Positions 1 through 13,978 are shown, numbered from the stretch's first letter. The stretch: 64,000 nucleotides of DNA from Azolla caroliniana (GCA_043228905.1 JBHGNT010000002.1:20336001-20400000); one strand, 5' to 3'. Numbers and translations are program-made. Notes: generated by a model from the letters alone, not told the origin.

Positions 1-263
1 AACGAGAGTTGATCAACCGGGCCTGGCCCAACTAAAACCCAATCTGGTCAAACCTGATCGGTCAGACTCGATCCAGAAGGGAGTAGACTAGCTTGAAGGC
101 GATCATCTGAGTCTGATTCAGATGAATGCAAATTCGGATGAAGGCCAACCATACGAGAAACTGATTGGTCGAGACTGATCCAGATAGAAGTTGAGTCGGC
201 CTAGCCGGAGGTGGAAGCAGATGAGCCACGAGACCCGGTCAAGGCTAGTGAGCCTGACGAAAG

Positions 264-701
264 TGTTACCCGGCCGGCAAAGAAGGCTTAAGGATGTGCA
301 CACCAGAGTGTGAAAGGAATAGTTTATTCGGGAACTGTTGTAATTATTTTATTAATATGGACGAACGGACCAGAATCGGTATGCCGATCCGGATCTGGAC
401 CGATTCCAGATAGGTGCCGGTTGGCACCGTTTTGTACTTCGCACCGGAGACCTATATAAAGGCCCGGTTACAATGTAATTGACAACGGATAATTAATAGA
501 ACTTATTGCCTTAACCTTTCAGTATTGATTACCGTTCTCTACTCATTGTTATATCTTACGTGTGTTAATGACGTATTGCTAAGTAACCAATTAAGGTCTA
601 ATTAAGCGTTGTGTCATAAATCATCTGGCCGTAGCACCCTTTGGTGAAGTGTCTTAAGTGGACACCCTGTGTTAGGCTGTTGTCCGGCTCTAGGATTAAC
701 A
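264..701 (+). repeat. 5' LTR of outer Gypsy element (438 bp)
   Basis: Direct repeat of 16650-17032, TG...CA termini, TATATAAA at ~453. Confidence 0.93.
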
Positions 702-708
702 CAGTTTT

Positions 709-718
709 TGCCGACCAC
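709..718 (+). promoter_or_regulatory. Degenerate primer-binding site, tRNA-Arg-like
   Basis: TGCCGACCAC just after the LTR; one mismatch from TGGCGACCAC, the complement of a plant tRNA-Arg 3' end as I recall it. Confidence 0.45.
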
Positions 719-756
719 GATTCTTGCACAATCGCAGTGAACAACGGTGGGAATGG

Positions 757-2781
757 ATGACTAGGCCAACAGACGACCCGGTTACGGAGAGAGCACAAAG
801 ACTTGCTGAACAACGAAGGCGGCGAGAGGCTTTCCAACAAGCAGCGGAATAAATCCGATCGGATCGATCATTTTCCAAAGTGATCCGGATAGTGGCGGAG
901 GAGTCGCTCTGTCTGCAACAAAACGCCTACCCGGACGAAGGAAGTAGCTTAAGCAGTCTCCGGGAAGCGAAATCCCTTCTCCAGGCCTTGGCCAGAAGAG
1001 ACGGCGAATCCGAAGCATTTTCAGCGTTGGAATCGGATTCGGAAGGGGGTTACAGTGCGCACACGAACTATTGCAGTAGTAACGACACCCTACGAGGACC
1101 GGAGGACGAGGAGTCGGATACATTACCGACATCGGAACCAGAGTTGTCAGACCGGGAACCCCTGGCACTAGACGTGGAACAACCTCTGGAGACGGAAGAA
1201 GACAAAGAAAGACCTCTGACACCGGAAGTCGAGCCGGCCACACCAAAGGAAGACCGGCAAAGACCTCCGATGTTGACGGAACAGCAGGAAAGACCACCGA
1301 CACCGCCAGCCCGCGTACCGACATCGGACGACGACATGCCGTTCCAGTACTCCAAGTATAGGGATGACCCGGACTCCGAGGCTCATGTTCACGCATTTCA
1401 ACAAACATGGGAGACGAACCATGTGTCAGAATGGTTAACCGCGGCTGAAGAGGAACGATCTATGATAGCCGAATTCAGCGTGACATTGGAAGGACCGGCC
1501 GCCAGATGGCACCGGACACAGGACCCCAGCACCATCACCACCTTTGCGGACCTGAAAGATGAATTCTTGCACTTATTTCAGAAGGAGGTGGACCAGAGAG
1601 AAATGGTGGGCCTATTTTATTATACCATCCCGCAGGACCCTGGGGAGAGCATTCCGCAGTTTGTCATATGGTTTCAACGGATGCACAATCAGCTTACCCG
1701 AACACCTCCGGAGGAAGAAACACGGGCTATATTCTTAGCCGCGCTCCGGGAACCTCTACGAACGGTATGCACGGTCATCGACTTTCGCACAAGCACCATC
1801 GACTAGGTCATCGACCGGGTTAGAGAAATGGAGAAAATGAGCTCTTGGCTAACAATGGGAGCCCTCCAACGAGCATTACCAACCGATGAGGATCTCCGGT
1901 TCCGGCAAGCAATCCAATGCACGACCTGCTTGAATTCCGGACACTCGGCACTGGAGTGCACCATGCGGACACACTGCTTACTCTGCCAATCTACAAGCCA
2001 CACGATGGACCGGTGCAAATATAACTTATGGAATCGGCAAGCACCACCGGCTGGCAAATCGAGCCACGTAGCAGCCGAGATGAAGAAGACGAACGCTGGC
2101 AGTGAGAGGAGCAATATCGACCGGCACATGATGTCCGGTACAGCGATCGGCGAGACAACTATGACTGGTACGAGAGATATGACAGGTACCGAGATTACAA
2201 TGGATGGTACGAGCATTACAACCAGGATCATTCCCCCGGGTATCACCAACGACCGGAAGATTACGGAAGATATGACGACCAACCCCGTCAAGGGTACCGC
2301 AACAAAAAGAACTTTAATAAACAACGACATTTCAAAAAAGGGAGCTACCCACGTTAACCGGAAAAAGGCGCCTCAAGCAACCAACCAGACCAAAGCCCCG
2401 CGGTTACCACAGGTCCTTCACCAGGTACAGGAAACAATGCCGAATCCAGCAATACCCGGAAAACATATTGCTATTATTGCCGACAAGAAGGAGATTATAG
2501 TAATCAATGTCCGGCAAAGAGCTATGACAAGCGACCGGCAGTAAACATGGTAGTCACCGAAGTCGCAAACCTGCAGCAGGTTACCACAAGGTCAAAGGGT
2601 AAGACGACGGAATGGGAGACACAAGAGGCCATCCGGAAGTAGGCAACGGAATGGGTGAAAAAGGCAAATGAGTGAAACGTAGCAGAACTTGCGCAACAAA
2701 AGGAGAACACCGAAGAGCTCGTCGGCGGCAGTCAGACCGAAAATCCGACATGGCAGGCATTGCAGGAGTGCCAAATCACGC
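757..2781 (+). pseudogene. gag region of outer Gypsy (capsid-like domain, Zn knuckles), with stops and frameshifts
   Basis: ORFs 880-1806 and 1828-2544: LEGPAARW...F.DLKDEFL, CTTCLNSGHSALEC, CLLCQSTSHTMDRC; in-frame stops. Confidence 0.85.
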
Positions 2782-3426
2782 CGTCGTGAAGAAAACCGTC
2801 CACAAGCGGAATCGGTGCACTGGAGCGTAGGAACCGGCTCTTCATGCCCGTGCGCCTTACGTTGTACATAGGAGATCCTAGGCAGGTAGATTTGGTAGGT
2901 AAGAAGTAAAGGGGAAACGACTCCTTCCTGGCCTATAAAAGGAGGGAGACGAGGAGGAGGAAGGGATCGCAGAGAGTCGAGGATGAAGTGCTATCAATTT
3001 GTGTGCGAAGGCTTCTCTCTCTCTCTCTGGTTCAAAAACTCCGTGGCTGCTTTCTGTGCAGGTTTTCGGGAGGCTCACGTTGCTCTGAGGAATGCCCGAG
3101 TGCTTCCGGCAGCACCTCCAACCTACTCTTCTCCTTCTGTGCGTTTACGAATAGGCATCGACATCTGTTCGCCGGCCTGTTCGGTTGTAACCGACTTCGT
3201 GTTTTTGTTGTCGTCGTGTTCTTGTTGTTTGTCTTTGTTAATACATACATACATTCGTGTCTTTCTGTGTCGCTGTCCCACTTGCGTCTTTGCGTCGAAG
3301 GGCCGTGTCCCTGTGGATCTACGCTCGCACGTAGAGGGTCTCTTCTCCTTCCTCTCTTGCTCTTCAGTACAGGACCCCCGAGGTCCTGCCTCATTCCACG
3401 CATCCGCGAGGAATACCTCGACATCT

Positions 3427-3444
3427 TGGTGAACCCGACGTGAA
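3427..3444 (+). promoter_or_regulatory. Primer-binding site complementary to tRNA-Trp
   Basis: TGGTGAACCCGACGTGAA is the complement of the plant tRNA-Trp 3' end TTCACGTCGGGTTCACCA. Confidence 0.85.
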
Positions 3445-3466
3445 GGAGGCGGTAGAAGAGCAGAAG

Positions 3467-5592
3467 ATGAAAGGGTCGGATCTTGCAGAGGCCATGGCTT
3501 CGGCCGTGGATCGGATATTGAGTGCACGCGAGGGCACCGGCGCCTCGACAGAGCCATTGAGGCGGTCGTCGGTACGATCGGCCGGTTCAGCGGAAAGGAT
3601 GCCACGAAGTATCTTGCGTCCTACGGGGCAGAAATGCTGATGCGGGACATTCCGAGAGAGAGGCGTCTTGCCGGGTTTCCTCGAGTGGCGATGCCGAGCA
3701 TCCATGCGGAGGTGCTCGAGGTGCGGGCGGAGAGCCGTACCTGGGAGGAGTTTGAAGGCCGACTCCTAGAAAAATACGGGCTGGACGACGCGCTCCTGCT
3801 TTCGAAGCGGGACTTCATGGAATGGGTGGAGTCCCCCGGCAAGGGAAGAAACGCGTCGGCACTTCTCCGGGAGTTCGAAGAATGCTTTGCGCGCCTTTCG
3901 GCGCTTGACAGAACCGTTCTGGATACGAGCCGGGTCCTACTGTTCGTCAAGTTGGTGGACGAGCGGGACAGGGATCAAGTCGGCTCCTTGCTGGAAACCG
4001 AAGACGGGCTAACAACCGACTAGGCTGCGGTTAAGAGAGTCTGTGGCCGTTTCGACAAACGGCGAGAATGGGCTGACAACGGGGCGGCCGGTGCGGGCTC
4101 TGTCACAGCAAGGAGGCTTGAACAGGCACCACAAGTGCGAAGGGAAGAAACCCGGGAATGGCTCGAAACCGGTCCGGCTTCGACCGGCATGGTCAATGGC
4201 TCGTCCGGAGGAGCAGCGCTGGAGGAGTTGACGCGGGCGATAAAGGATCTCCAGATCGCCCAGACTCGAAGGGAAGGCGACGAACTGGCTCGTGACCGAC
4301 GGCCGGCAGCGGGGAACAGGTGCATGTGGTGCGACGAGGTCGGCCACATTCGGAAGGACTGCGGCGATTTCGCAGAGGCGTTGAGGAACCGGGTGGTGTA
4401 CCTGTGGGAAGCCTGGGTGCACGCCGGCGACACCAGGAGGGCCCTGAACTGAAACGACAGGCAAGGAGGAATGAAGAGACTGATGGAAGAGGCAGCAGCC
4501 CGACACGTGGAGGCCATCCACTACTCGGCGTCGACCGGCATTCGGGTTGGGGGCAGCGAGGCCCGGAAGGAGGGCAAAGACGGATTCTGGTCGGCAATGC
4601 TGGAAGGTCTTGCCGGCGCACGGCTAAGAAAAGATGAAACGGACCGCGCTGAGAGACGGGTCCGGGAAATAACCGGGTGGAGCGATCCGGTCGAGGAGAA
4701 GACGGGCTTTGTAGAAGCCGCCTGCCGGAACTACGAGGCTCTGGTTGAAGACAAACGGGTGGGGAAAGCCGGAGCGGCCAGGCCCTCACAACGGTACGAG
4801 ACCCGATTCGGGCAACGACGGAACGATGCCAGTGGGTCCAGCCTGCAAGATAACCCCAGGAAGGGCGGATACCGATTGGGGACGGAAATAGAAAGCACTA
4901 CGGACCTACGAAAGGTCCTAGAAGAACGGATCCTCGACAGCAAAGTGGAGTTGTGATTGCGAGAGGTGCTAGGGATCGCCAAGAAGGAGTTCCACGACTC
5001 CATTGTGGACCTGGTGAAACGGAAGAGGCTGTCGACGGAGACGGAACCGGAAAGACCGGTGGAGGTGCGGACGACACACATCGACGACATGGCGCTGGAA
5101 GATGAGTGGACGGAGAGCCACTATTCAAAGCCGCACTAGGCCCGAGCGACCACGGAGACCCCGGTGAAGATCGGAGATGTTCAGGAACCGGTGGTGGCAT
5201 TGGTGGACCACGGTTCGGAAATAAACCTGATGTCCATGGACTTCTATAAGAAGGGGAAGTGGCCGATCAACACCAAGCACGGGTGGAAGATACGGGCAGC
5301 GACGCGCGCCACCGAGGAACTGCACGGGGCCTGCCCGAACGTGCGAGTCAAGATCGGCGACGTCGAGATTGACAAGCACTTCTTCGTATAGGAGACGTCC
5401 TCACACCCAGTCATATTAGGGGAACCATACATCACGGCGGCGCGAATGGAGACCAAGGTGCTGGACAACGGTTCAGCCTACGCGAGGGTCAAAAGCCAGG
5501 ACGGGCGCCATTCGGTCCAATTTCTGACGGTGCGGCCGAACCACGAGCGAAACCGCGAATCCCTCGGTGGCGAGAACAGGGAGTATTTTTAG
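3467..5592 (+). pseudogene. gag-protease ORF1 of nested Gypsy (several premature stops)
   Basis: Zn knuckle CMWCDEVGHIRKDC; protease ALVDHGSEINLM...VILGEPY; ends TAT TTT TAG. Confidence 0.85.
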
Positions 5593-8500
5593 AGAGGGCT
5601 GCCAAGGCGTGGGGCCGAGACAGCCCAGACACTCGGGAAAGACCCCACAGCTGTACGATAGAACCGAAACCGAAGAAACCTTGTGCGATAGGTAGAAAAT
5701 TCTGCTTCTCCAACAACGGAGGGTGTATGATAGCCGGCATCGTTGGCCGAGAAAGGGCAAGGGCGGAGGAGCGACTTCGAGCGTGCGGAGTTCTCGGCCC
5801 GGACGAGGAAATCAGCGGGGCCGTGGAGGCGGTCTCCTTCGACGACACCTTGGGGATGCTGAGGAAGGTAGCCGGAGAAGACCTTAACGAAGACCGGACG
5901 ATACCGGTATGTTCCGAAGAGATGTACGGAGTCATCGCGGACTTCAGTCAGGGGCTCGGGTCTGATCGGACAGCCCGGGTTAGCACGAAGTACAAGACTG
6001 TGGACCGGAAGGTAAGGCCAGTCGCGGCACCCTTACCGGAGGGCAGCGAGTCCTGAATCAGAGGGGTTGCGTCGGATCCCAGTTTACGAGATCCGGCCTG
6101 CATAGGACACACCTTCACCGACGGGACGCTCCGGGAGGTCAAGATCGGTGGGGGCGGGTTCCTACTGCCGACGGAGGAAGACCGGTTTCGGAGAATGCTC
6201 GGAAGGCACGGGAAAGCCTTTGCATTCTCGCCGGAAGAGATCGGGTGCGTAGACCCGACGATCGTGGAGCCGATGGTTATATTCACGGTACCGCATGTGC
6301 CGTGGAATCTCAAGCCGATTCCGGTACCAAGAGCTCACATCCCGGAGTTGATGGAGCTACTAAGGCAAAAAGTCGATATGGGTATTCTCGAACCGTCGAG
6401 CGCGCCATACTCGAACCGATGGTTTACCGTGCCAAAGAAAAACGGAACATTGCGCTTCATTCAAGACCTACAACCGGTCAACAGAGTGACCATTTGGAAC
6501 GCAGGAATCGGGCCGACCATAGACGAGTTCGCGGAGGCCTTCGTCGGAAGGTCGATTTACTCAGTCGGTGATCTGTACTCGGGGTACGATCAGTTCCACC
6601 TAGCCGTGGAGAGCAGAGACATTACGACGATGCGAACTCCCCTCGGCCTAGTGCGAATGTGTACCCTGCCACAAGGAGGGACTAACTCGGTGGCCCACAT
6701 GGTGAATGCAATGAACAAGGTACTGAGGGATTGCATCCCGGACATCACCATGCCATTTCTAGACGACATTCCGATCAAGGGGTGCCCGGTAGAAGAGACG
6801 GACGCAACACTCAGACCGGACGGCTGTCGGCGGTTCGTGGCAACACACATCGACAACTGCGAGAAGGTGCTACAAAGGCTAGAGGATGCGAGGCTCACCT
6901 TCTCCGGGGAGAAATCGGCCTTCGGGCAATCGGAAATCCTGGTGGTCGGACACCTATGTGGACCATATGGCCGGAAGCCGTCTCCGGCAAAGGTAGAAGC
7001 CATCTCCGCGATGAAGACCGACTGTAGGTTGGTTACGGACGTTCGGAGGTTCCTGGGGGCATGCGCATTCTACCACATATGGATCCCGCATTAAGCCCAC
7101 GTTGCGGAGCTGCTATACGGGTTGCTGAAGAAAGGGCGAAAATTCGAGTGGCGAGACGAGCACACGGAGTCGGTCCGGAAGCTGAAGGAAGCTCTTGCGG
7201 CAGCACCGGCGCTCCGGAAGGCTGTCTACGAGAAGGGTCCGACCGGGATCGGATGGGTCGTCAACCAAGAGGACAAGAACGGCATTCGGTTCCCGATCCG
7301 ATTTGGCGCGAAGGTCCTCAGTGAACGACAGCGAGGGTACGCCCAGGTTAAACGCGAACTCTGGGGTATCGTTTCGGCAGTAAAGGCCGACAAAGACTAC
7401 CTGATCGGGACAGAAGTGGTTATCGAGACGGATTGCCTGCCGATTCTCGGCATGGTTTCCAGATGCGCGACACCGGACCTGGCGATGCTCCGGTGGATAG
7501 CGTACATCAAGTCCCTGGACCCGGAAATACGGCACATTTCTGGAAAGGACAACGCCATGGCCGACATGCTTTCGAGGGCGAGGTTTGATGACGAGGGCGG
7601 CATGGTTTCGGAGGATGAAGAAGTCGGCGTGGACTTCTTCGAGGCGGCGTACGTAACGACCGATGGGACGAGCACTCCGGCACTTAACGACTTCGACGAG
7701 AGCAGGTACGATGGCGAGTGGCTCCAGATCGGTGGATTTTTGAGGACAATGACGCCGGATGCGTCATGGACGAAGGACGAGGCCAACCGGATCCGGAAGA
7801 AAGCTTACCGATTCTTTCTCTGGGACGGATACTTATGGAAGCACCCGAAGAAGAGGAACGGCGTCCCGCTCCGGGTGGTGGCGATGAAGGAAGAATAGGA
7901 GGAGCTGCTGACGGCCTACCACGACAGCCCTTGGGCTGGACACCGTGGAACGTGGGCCACGTTCGAGAAGATAAAGGGGAAGTACTGGTGGCCGGGACTG
8001 TACCGGGACGTGCATCGGTTCGTGACGACTTGCGAGAGCTGTCAGATGCACTCCGTAGTCCGACATCGGGACGAGCTTCACCCTACGTACCCTCCGACCA
8101 TCCACTTCAAATGGATGGTAGACCTGGTGACGATGCCGATGGGAGTAGGACAGATGCGGTATCTGGTCCTGGCTCAGGAAGATCTGACGAACCAGGTAGA
8201 AGGCCGGGCCCTTCAGAACAAAACGACCGCGGCCGTATGTCGGTTCCTGATTGAGGACGTGATATGCCGGTACGGGTGCGTCGGGAAGATCGTGGCTGAT
8301 CGCGGGGAGTTGGACGCCGAAGAGGCCGAGGAGCTGTTCGACCGGCTAGGAGTCAAGCTCTCGCTTACCACTGCGTACAATCCGGAGGCGAATGGAAAGG
8401 TGGAGCGCGGACACGGACCGATCGTCAAGGCGTTAGTTCGGGCATGCGGAGGTCAAGTCGGGAACTGGTCGCGGCTGCTGCCTTACGCGTTGTGGGCGAA

Positions 8501-9056
8501 CCGAACTACGCACAATTCGGTAACCGGATTCATGCCGACAGAACTCATGTTTGGGCAGAAGCCGGTCATGCCGATGGAACGTACGATCTCCTCGTGGGCA
8601 ACCGTGGACTGGAGAGACGAGATGAGCCGGGAGGAACTGTTGGCGGCGCGTATACGACAGCTCGAGCGAAGATCGGAGGACGTGGAGCAGGCTGCGGAAA
8701 AGCTTCGGGTGGCAAGGACGAGGAATAAAGCCCGGTTCGACCGAACGCACCGGCTCCGACCGAAGAAGATCGAGGAAGGCGACTGGGTGCTAATCTACAA
8801 CAGCAGCCTCGACAACCAGCACCGAGCGACACGGAAGTTCGCAAGAAGGTGGTTCGAGTCTTACGTGGTACAAAGAGCCAACGACAACGGGACGTACCAT
8901 CTGGCGGAACTCGACGGCACGAGAATGGCGATACCGGTAGCTGGGAAGCGGGTCAAAACGTTCAAGAAGCGTCACGACGACGAGCCGGATCCGGATAACC
9001 TGGACCAGGACGATGAACGATCCAAAACCGAAGAAGAACCGACAGGCAGGGAATGA
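5583..9056 (+). pseudogene. pol ORF2 (RT, RNase H, integrase) of nested Gypsy, in the -1 frame relative to ORF1
   Basis: RT DLYSGYDQF/LPQGGTNS/PFLDDIPIKG; RH ETDCLP...DNAMADMLSR; INT HHCC, DLV, DRG, GKVER; stops at ~6054, 7092, 7896. Confidence 0.9.
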
Positions 9057-9771
9057 AGGCTGGACCGGTTTTCTCCGTCCCAACTCAATTTGGCGCATGC
9101 CGGTGGATGCGCGGTTAGGTGGGGGCGGATGCTGTGAAGAAAACCGTCCACAAGCGGAATCGGTGCACCGGAGCGTAGGAACCGGCTCTTCATGCCCGTG
9201 CGCCTTACGTTGTACATAGGAGATCCTAGGCAGGTAGATTTGGTAGGTAAGAAGTAAAGGGGAAACGGCTCCTTCCTGGCCTATAAAAGGAGGGAGACGA
9301 GGAGGAGGAAGGGATCGCGTAGAGTCGAGGACGAAGTGCTGTCGGTTTGTGTGCGAAGGCTTCTCTCTCTCTCTCTGGTTCAAAAACTCCGTGGCTGCTT
9401 TCTGTGCAGGTTTTCGGGAGGCTCGCGCTGCTCTCAGGAATGCCCGAGTGCTTCCGGCAGCACCTCCAACCTACTCTTCTCCTTCTGTGCGTTTACGAAT
9501 AGGCATCGGCATCTGTTCGCCGGCCTGTTCGGTTGTAACCGACTTCGTGTTTTTGTTGTCTTCGTGTTCTTGTTGTTTGTCTTTGTTAATACATACATAC
9601 ATTCGTGTCTTTCTGTGTCGCTGTCCCACTTGTGTCTTTGCGTCGAAGGGCCGTGTCCCTGTGGATCTACGCTTGCACGTAGAGGGTCTCTTCTCCTTCC
9701 TCTCTTGCTCTTCGGTACAGGACCCCCGAGGTCCCGCCTCATTCCACGCATCTGCGAGGAATACCTCGACA

Positions 9772-12700
9772 ACGCTGCCATTAGGACGGCTCCTGCAACT
9801 AGTGCCCAGATTCACAGAAGGACTCAAGACAAGCATGACGGCAAGAGAAACACCACCGGCACCAACATTCTTCTCAAATCCGGAGGAGGGACTGGCGGTG
9901 GTAGACACAAACAGTCCGGCGATCACAACCATCGTGAAGGGAAAGGAGTTACCCGGAACAGTAATAGATGGAGGATCCAGCGTCAATGTGATTGGCCTCC
10001 AAACATACACAACCTTGGGAATCCAAGAGTGGGAACCATGCCCGTTCTGGCTACGGATGGCGGATACAAGCTCAGTGCGACCGACTGGCTTGATACGAGA
10101 TTTGGAAGTAACAATCGATAGCCACACATTTCGCATCTCTGCAGTAGTGCTACAATTACAAGCACAAGGAGCTTACCCGCTATTGTTGGGGCGGACGTGG
10201 CTAAAAACGGTGCACATTAAACAAAACTGGAGAAATAATATAATCACCTTCCGGTGGGGAAAAGCAAAAGTACGGGTACCGACACAACCACAGACGGGTA
10301 CCAGGAAGGAATTAACACCCCTATATGCCGAATGTGTCAATATGCTACACGGATTAGCAGACGAAGAGGTGAATCAATACTTGCAAGATAATCCGAAGAT
10401 AGTACCCCTGTTTGTCTGAAGCCGTATCACCATACAGACTGCCACTGGACGGAGCGGACGAAGAACCAAATAAAGAAGTGATCTGGGAGCTACAACAAGC
10501 ACAAGAAGCGCTGGAAAGAGAAATGGCTGTATCACAACGGGTTAAAGCATCCCAACTAGAGGAGGTAAATCTAGGAATGATGAAAGAGGCGAGACCGGTG
10601 CAGATAGCCAAGGAAATGACTACGGAGAACAGAACGACGATGATTACACTTCTCAAAGAGTTTCGAGACGTGTTTGCCTGGTCCAATAAGGATATGAGAG
10701 GGCTCGATCCTCAGCTATATCAGCATCAGATACATTTGAGCAAAGACGCTAAACTGGTAGCATAGCGACGGTACCGGATGAATCCAAACTACGCCGCCAA
10801 AGTCAAGGAGGAAATCGACCAGTTGCTGAGAGTTGGCTTTATCCGTCCCGTAAAGAAATCTACATGGTTGAGCCCGATAGTAGTCGTACCAAAGAAAAAT
10901 GGCAAAATTAGAGTATGTGTCGACTACCGGAAGCTTAATGCGGCGACGGTAACTAATGCATTTCCACTTCCATTTATGGATGGAGTTTTGGACGCAGTCG
11001 CTGGCCATGAGGTATACAGTTTTTCAGACGGGATTCAGTGGATACAACCAGATCCAGATGCACCCCGATGACCAGGAGAAAATGGCTTTCGTCACTGAAT
11101 GGGGAGTGTTTGTTGCCGTAGTGATGATGTTCGGACTAAAAACGATGCTGGCAACGTTCCAGAGGATCATCATGGAAATATTCAAAGAATTCATACCGGC
11201 ATTCATGCAGGTGTTCCTCGACGACTTCGCCATTTACTGCCGGGAAGGAGACCACCTTCAGCAACTCCGACTGTGTCTAGAAAAGTGCAGGGCTTACCGG
11301 CTAAGCCTGAATCCAGCGAAGTGTGTATTCGGCGTGTCCAACAGAATGCTACTGGGGCACATTGTGAGCAAGGAGGCATCGCCGTGGATCCGGACAAAGT
11401 AAAAGCAATCCTGGAGGCATCGATGCCAACAACGGCAAAGGCATTGAGCCGTTTCTTAGGCCAAATCCGTTGGCATAGCCGAATGCTCCGGTATTTGGCG
11501 GATCTAGCTACACCACCGCATGCTGCGGTACACCGAACACCGTTCCAGTGGACCGACACCGAAGACAAGGCGTACTGGGCACTCAAAGTTCTATTGTCGC
11601 AAGCGCCGGTAGTGCAACCCCCGGATTGGGCGAAGGAATTTCATGTGTTCGTGGATGCGTCCAACATTGCAATTGGGAGTGCGTTAATGCAACTTATGGA
11701 GCCAAGATGGTACCGGCCCATATATTACGCAAGCCGGAAGTTATCCCAAGCCGAACGAAATTATTCCACCATGGAAAGGGAAGCTTTAGCCATGATCTAC
11801 AACATAACAAAATTCAGGCATTATTTATTAGGAAGAAAGTTTTCCTTCCATGTAGATCATTCGGCACTCCTCTACCTAGTGTCCAAAGCGTCACTTACCG
11901 GTAAGTTGGCCCGGTGGACTTTGCTATTACAGGAATTCGAATTCGAGATATTCCACCGACCCAGCATATAGCACGCGGTAGCAGATTATTTAAGCCGGTT
12001 AGATTCCGGCGAAACTGACGAAGGAGTACCGGACGAGTTTCCAGATGCTAAGCTATTTCGAGTCACCGCGGAAATGGCAACAGATGAAATGGTGGCACCA
12101 GAAGATAAGTGGCTAAAAAATATGCACCAATTTCTGAGCACCGGATTGCCTCCAGAGGAGATGAACCGGGACGAGAGGAAACGCTTGGCGGTACAAAGCC
12201 GACACTTCTGTCTATTACGGGACACGCTATACCACAAAGGTGCGGACGGTATATGGCAACGAGCGGTGCACAACGACGAGAAAGCGATAATACTACGGGA
12301 AGCACACTACGGAGTCGCCGGAGGCCATTATGCCAGGGATGCTACGGCAAGGAAGATATGGCAAAGTGGCCTATGGTGGCCGACTACATTGAAAGACGCA
12401 GTCCGGTACGCGAAAGAGTGTGATCTATGCCAATGAATGGGCCAGCCAACGGAACAAGCTAGGATGCCGCACCAGCCAATACTACAGCTAGAACCATTTC
12501 AGAAATGGGGACTAGATTTTGTCGAACCATTTAAACCACCGACAATGAGAACTGGCAACCGGTATGTGATCGTCACGACGGACTACTGCACTAAATGGGT
12601 GGAAGTCAAAGCCCTACGAGACAACACCGCGGCGTCAACAACAAAATTCTTATACGAATACATTTGGTGCCGGTACGGATGCCCCATAGAGCTGATAAGC

Positions 12701-13576
12701 GACCAAGGAGGGCACTTTCTTGGACAGGTAGTGGAGAGCTTGACGTCATTCTATGCGGTAGTACATAAACGGAGCACCCCGTACTACCCACAAGCCAACG
12801 GATTAGTTGAGTCAACAAACAAAACGCTACAGAATATCCTACGCAAGATCGTCAATGAGAATCGGACAGATTGGGACACGAAGCTACACAGTGCGCTCTG
12901 GGCTTACCGGACAACGTACAAAACAAGCATCCGAACAACGTCATTCCGGTTAGCATTCGGATTAGAGGCAGTCATGCCAGTCGAGTTCCAAGTACCGAGC
13001 TTACGGATCCAGATTAGGGAATGACTTAATGAAAAGGAATTGGAGGCAATTCGGTTAAAGGCTCTGTGTGAACTAGAAGAACACCGACTGGCGAGCATCA
13101 TGCACCTGGAATTGGAACAACGGTGACAGAAAGCGTTTGTAGATCGGCACCGAAAAAGAAACGAAAAGATGTTTGAAATCGGCAAGCCGGTACTAGTGTT
13201 CCAGACCCGGATGGGTAAAATGCCAGGCAAACTACGGTTTAGATGGACCGGACCATATTGGATCACACGCGGGTTCAATGGGTCTTACCAGTTAGGGACA
13301 CTTGCCGGCGAGGTGCTGGGTAAATGGGTCAACGGATTTAGACTAAAGCCATACAAAGGACCTATGCCCAAGAACCCATTTGAACGAAGGGCCGACACCG
13401 AATCGGACGCCGGTAGGCCAACCACGACGGCAACCTGTGAGGAAAACGGCTACCACCAAGCCGGTAAGGAGGAGCACGAGTCGGCAACCAGGGAGAGCAA
13501 AACGACAGCAAACTGTCAAGAGGCCGGCAAGGTGCGCGTTTCGGGTAAGGGTCCGACAGGACCGGAGAAAAATTAA
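9772..13576 (+). pseudogene. pol of outer Gypsy (protease, RT, RNase H, integrase)
   Basis: VIDGGSSVN; WLSPIVVVPKKNGKIRVCVDYRKLN; VFLDDF; FVDAS...EREAL...VDH; WGLDFV...SDQG..QANGLVE; WTGPY; frameshifts and stops. Confidence 0.92.
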
Positions 13577-13978
13577 CCACACAATTAATTTTTAAAAAAG
13601 TAAATAAATAAATCGAATCAAAGAAATCATGCAAAGGAGTGGTGGAACGGCCATGCAAACGAGGAGTAAAGAGGCACTTCGAAAAGGTACGAGGAGGCTA
13701 TGAATAGGGCATTAAACCACCGCCACATGGCACGAAATGCTATTATAGTACACGACCTGCACATGCGTAGGCTCGAAAAAGGCGCCAAGATGCAGAGAGA
13801 AAACGTCCCCCGCATCGAGACCTTCGTCTTTCGCGAACCAAGGAGAACAGACGCAGACAGACGCGTGAAGATCAATCGAAGAGATCTCGCGCACAGAGAA
13901 CCCCCTCACTTAGAACTTTCTCTCTCACACTCTCTCCACCGTCAAACCTCGCCAACGCTCTCCGACCTCGACGCAGAG

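Larger units (their letters stand above)
2782..9771 (+). mobile_element. Nested Ty3/Gypsy LTR retrotransposon, tRNA-Trp primed, 4-bp TSD
   Basis: Equal-length 642-bp LTRs 2782-3423 and 9130-9771 ending CTCGACA; TSD ACGC (2778-2781, 9772-9775); removing it restores host frame QITLPLGRLLQ; PPT-like GGTGGGGGCGGA before 9130. Confidence 0.93.

Noticed and set aside
1-263. CCGATC/GATCGG-rich sequence resembling 18800-18953 and 32500-33141 (reverse complement)
   Set aside because: Probably Copia LTR/UTR-derived, but no boundaries or alignable unit could be established by eye.
782-9383. Many overlapping antisense ORFs of 100-200 aa
   Set aside because: Expected shadow ORFs of GC-rich retroelement coding sequence; no recognisable domains.
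9336-10419. 356-aa and 261-aa ORFs that look like novel genes
   Set aside because: Chance read-through from the nested 3' LTR into the host element's protease region; the same LTR frames recur at 2983-3443.
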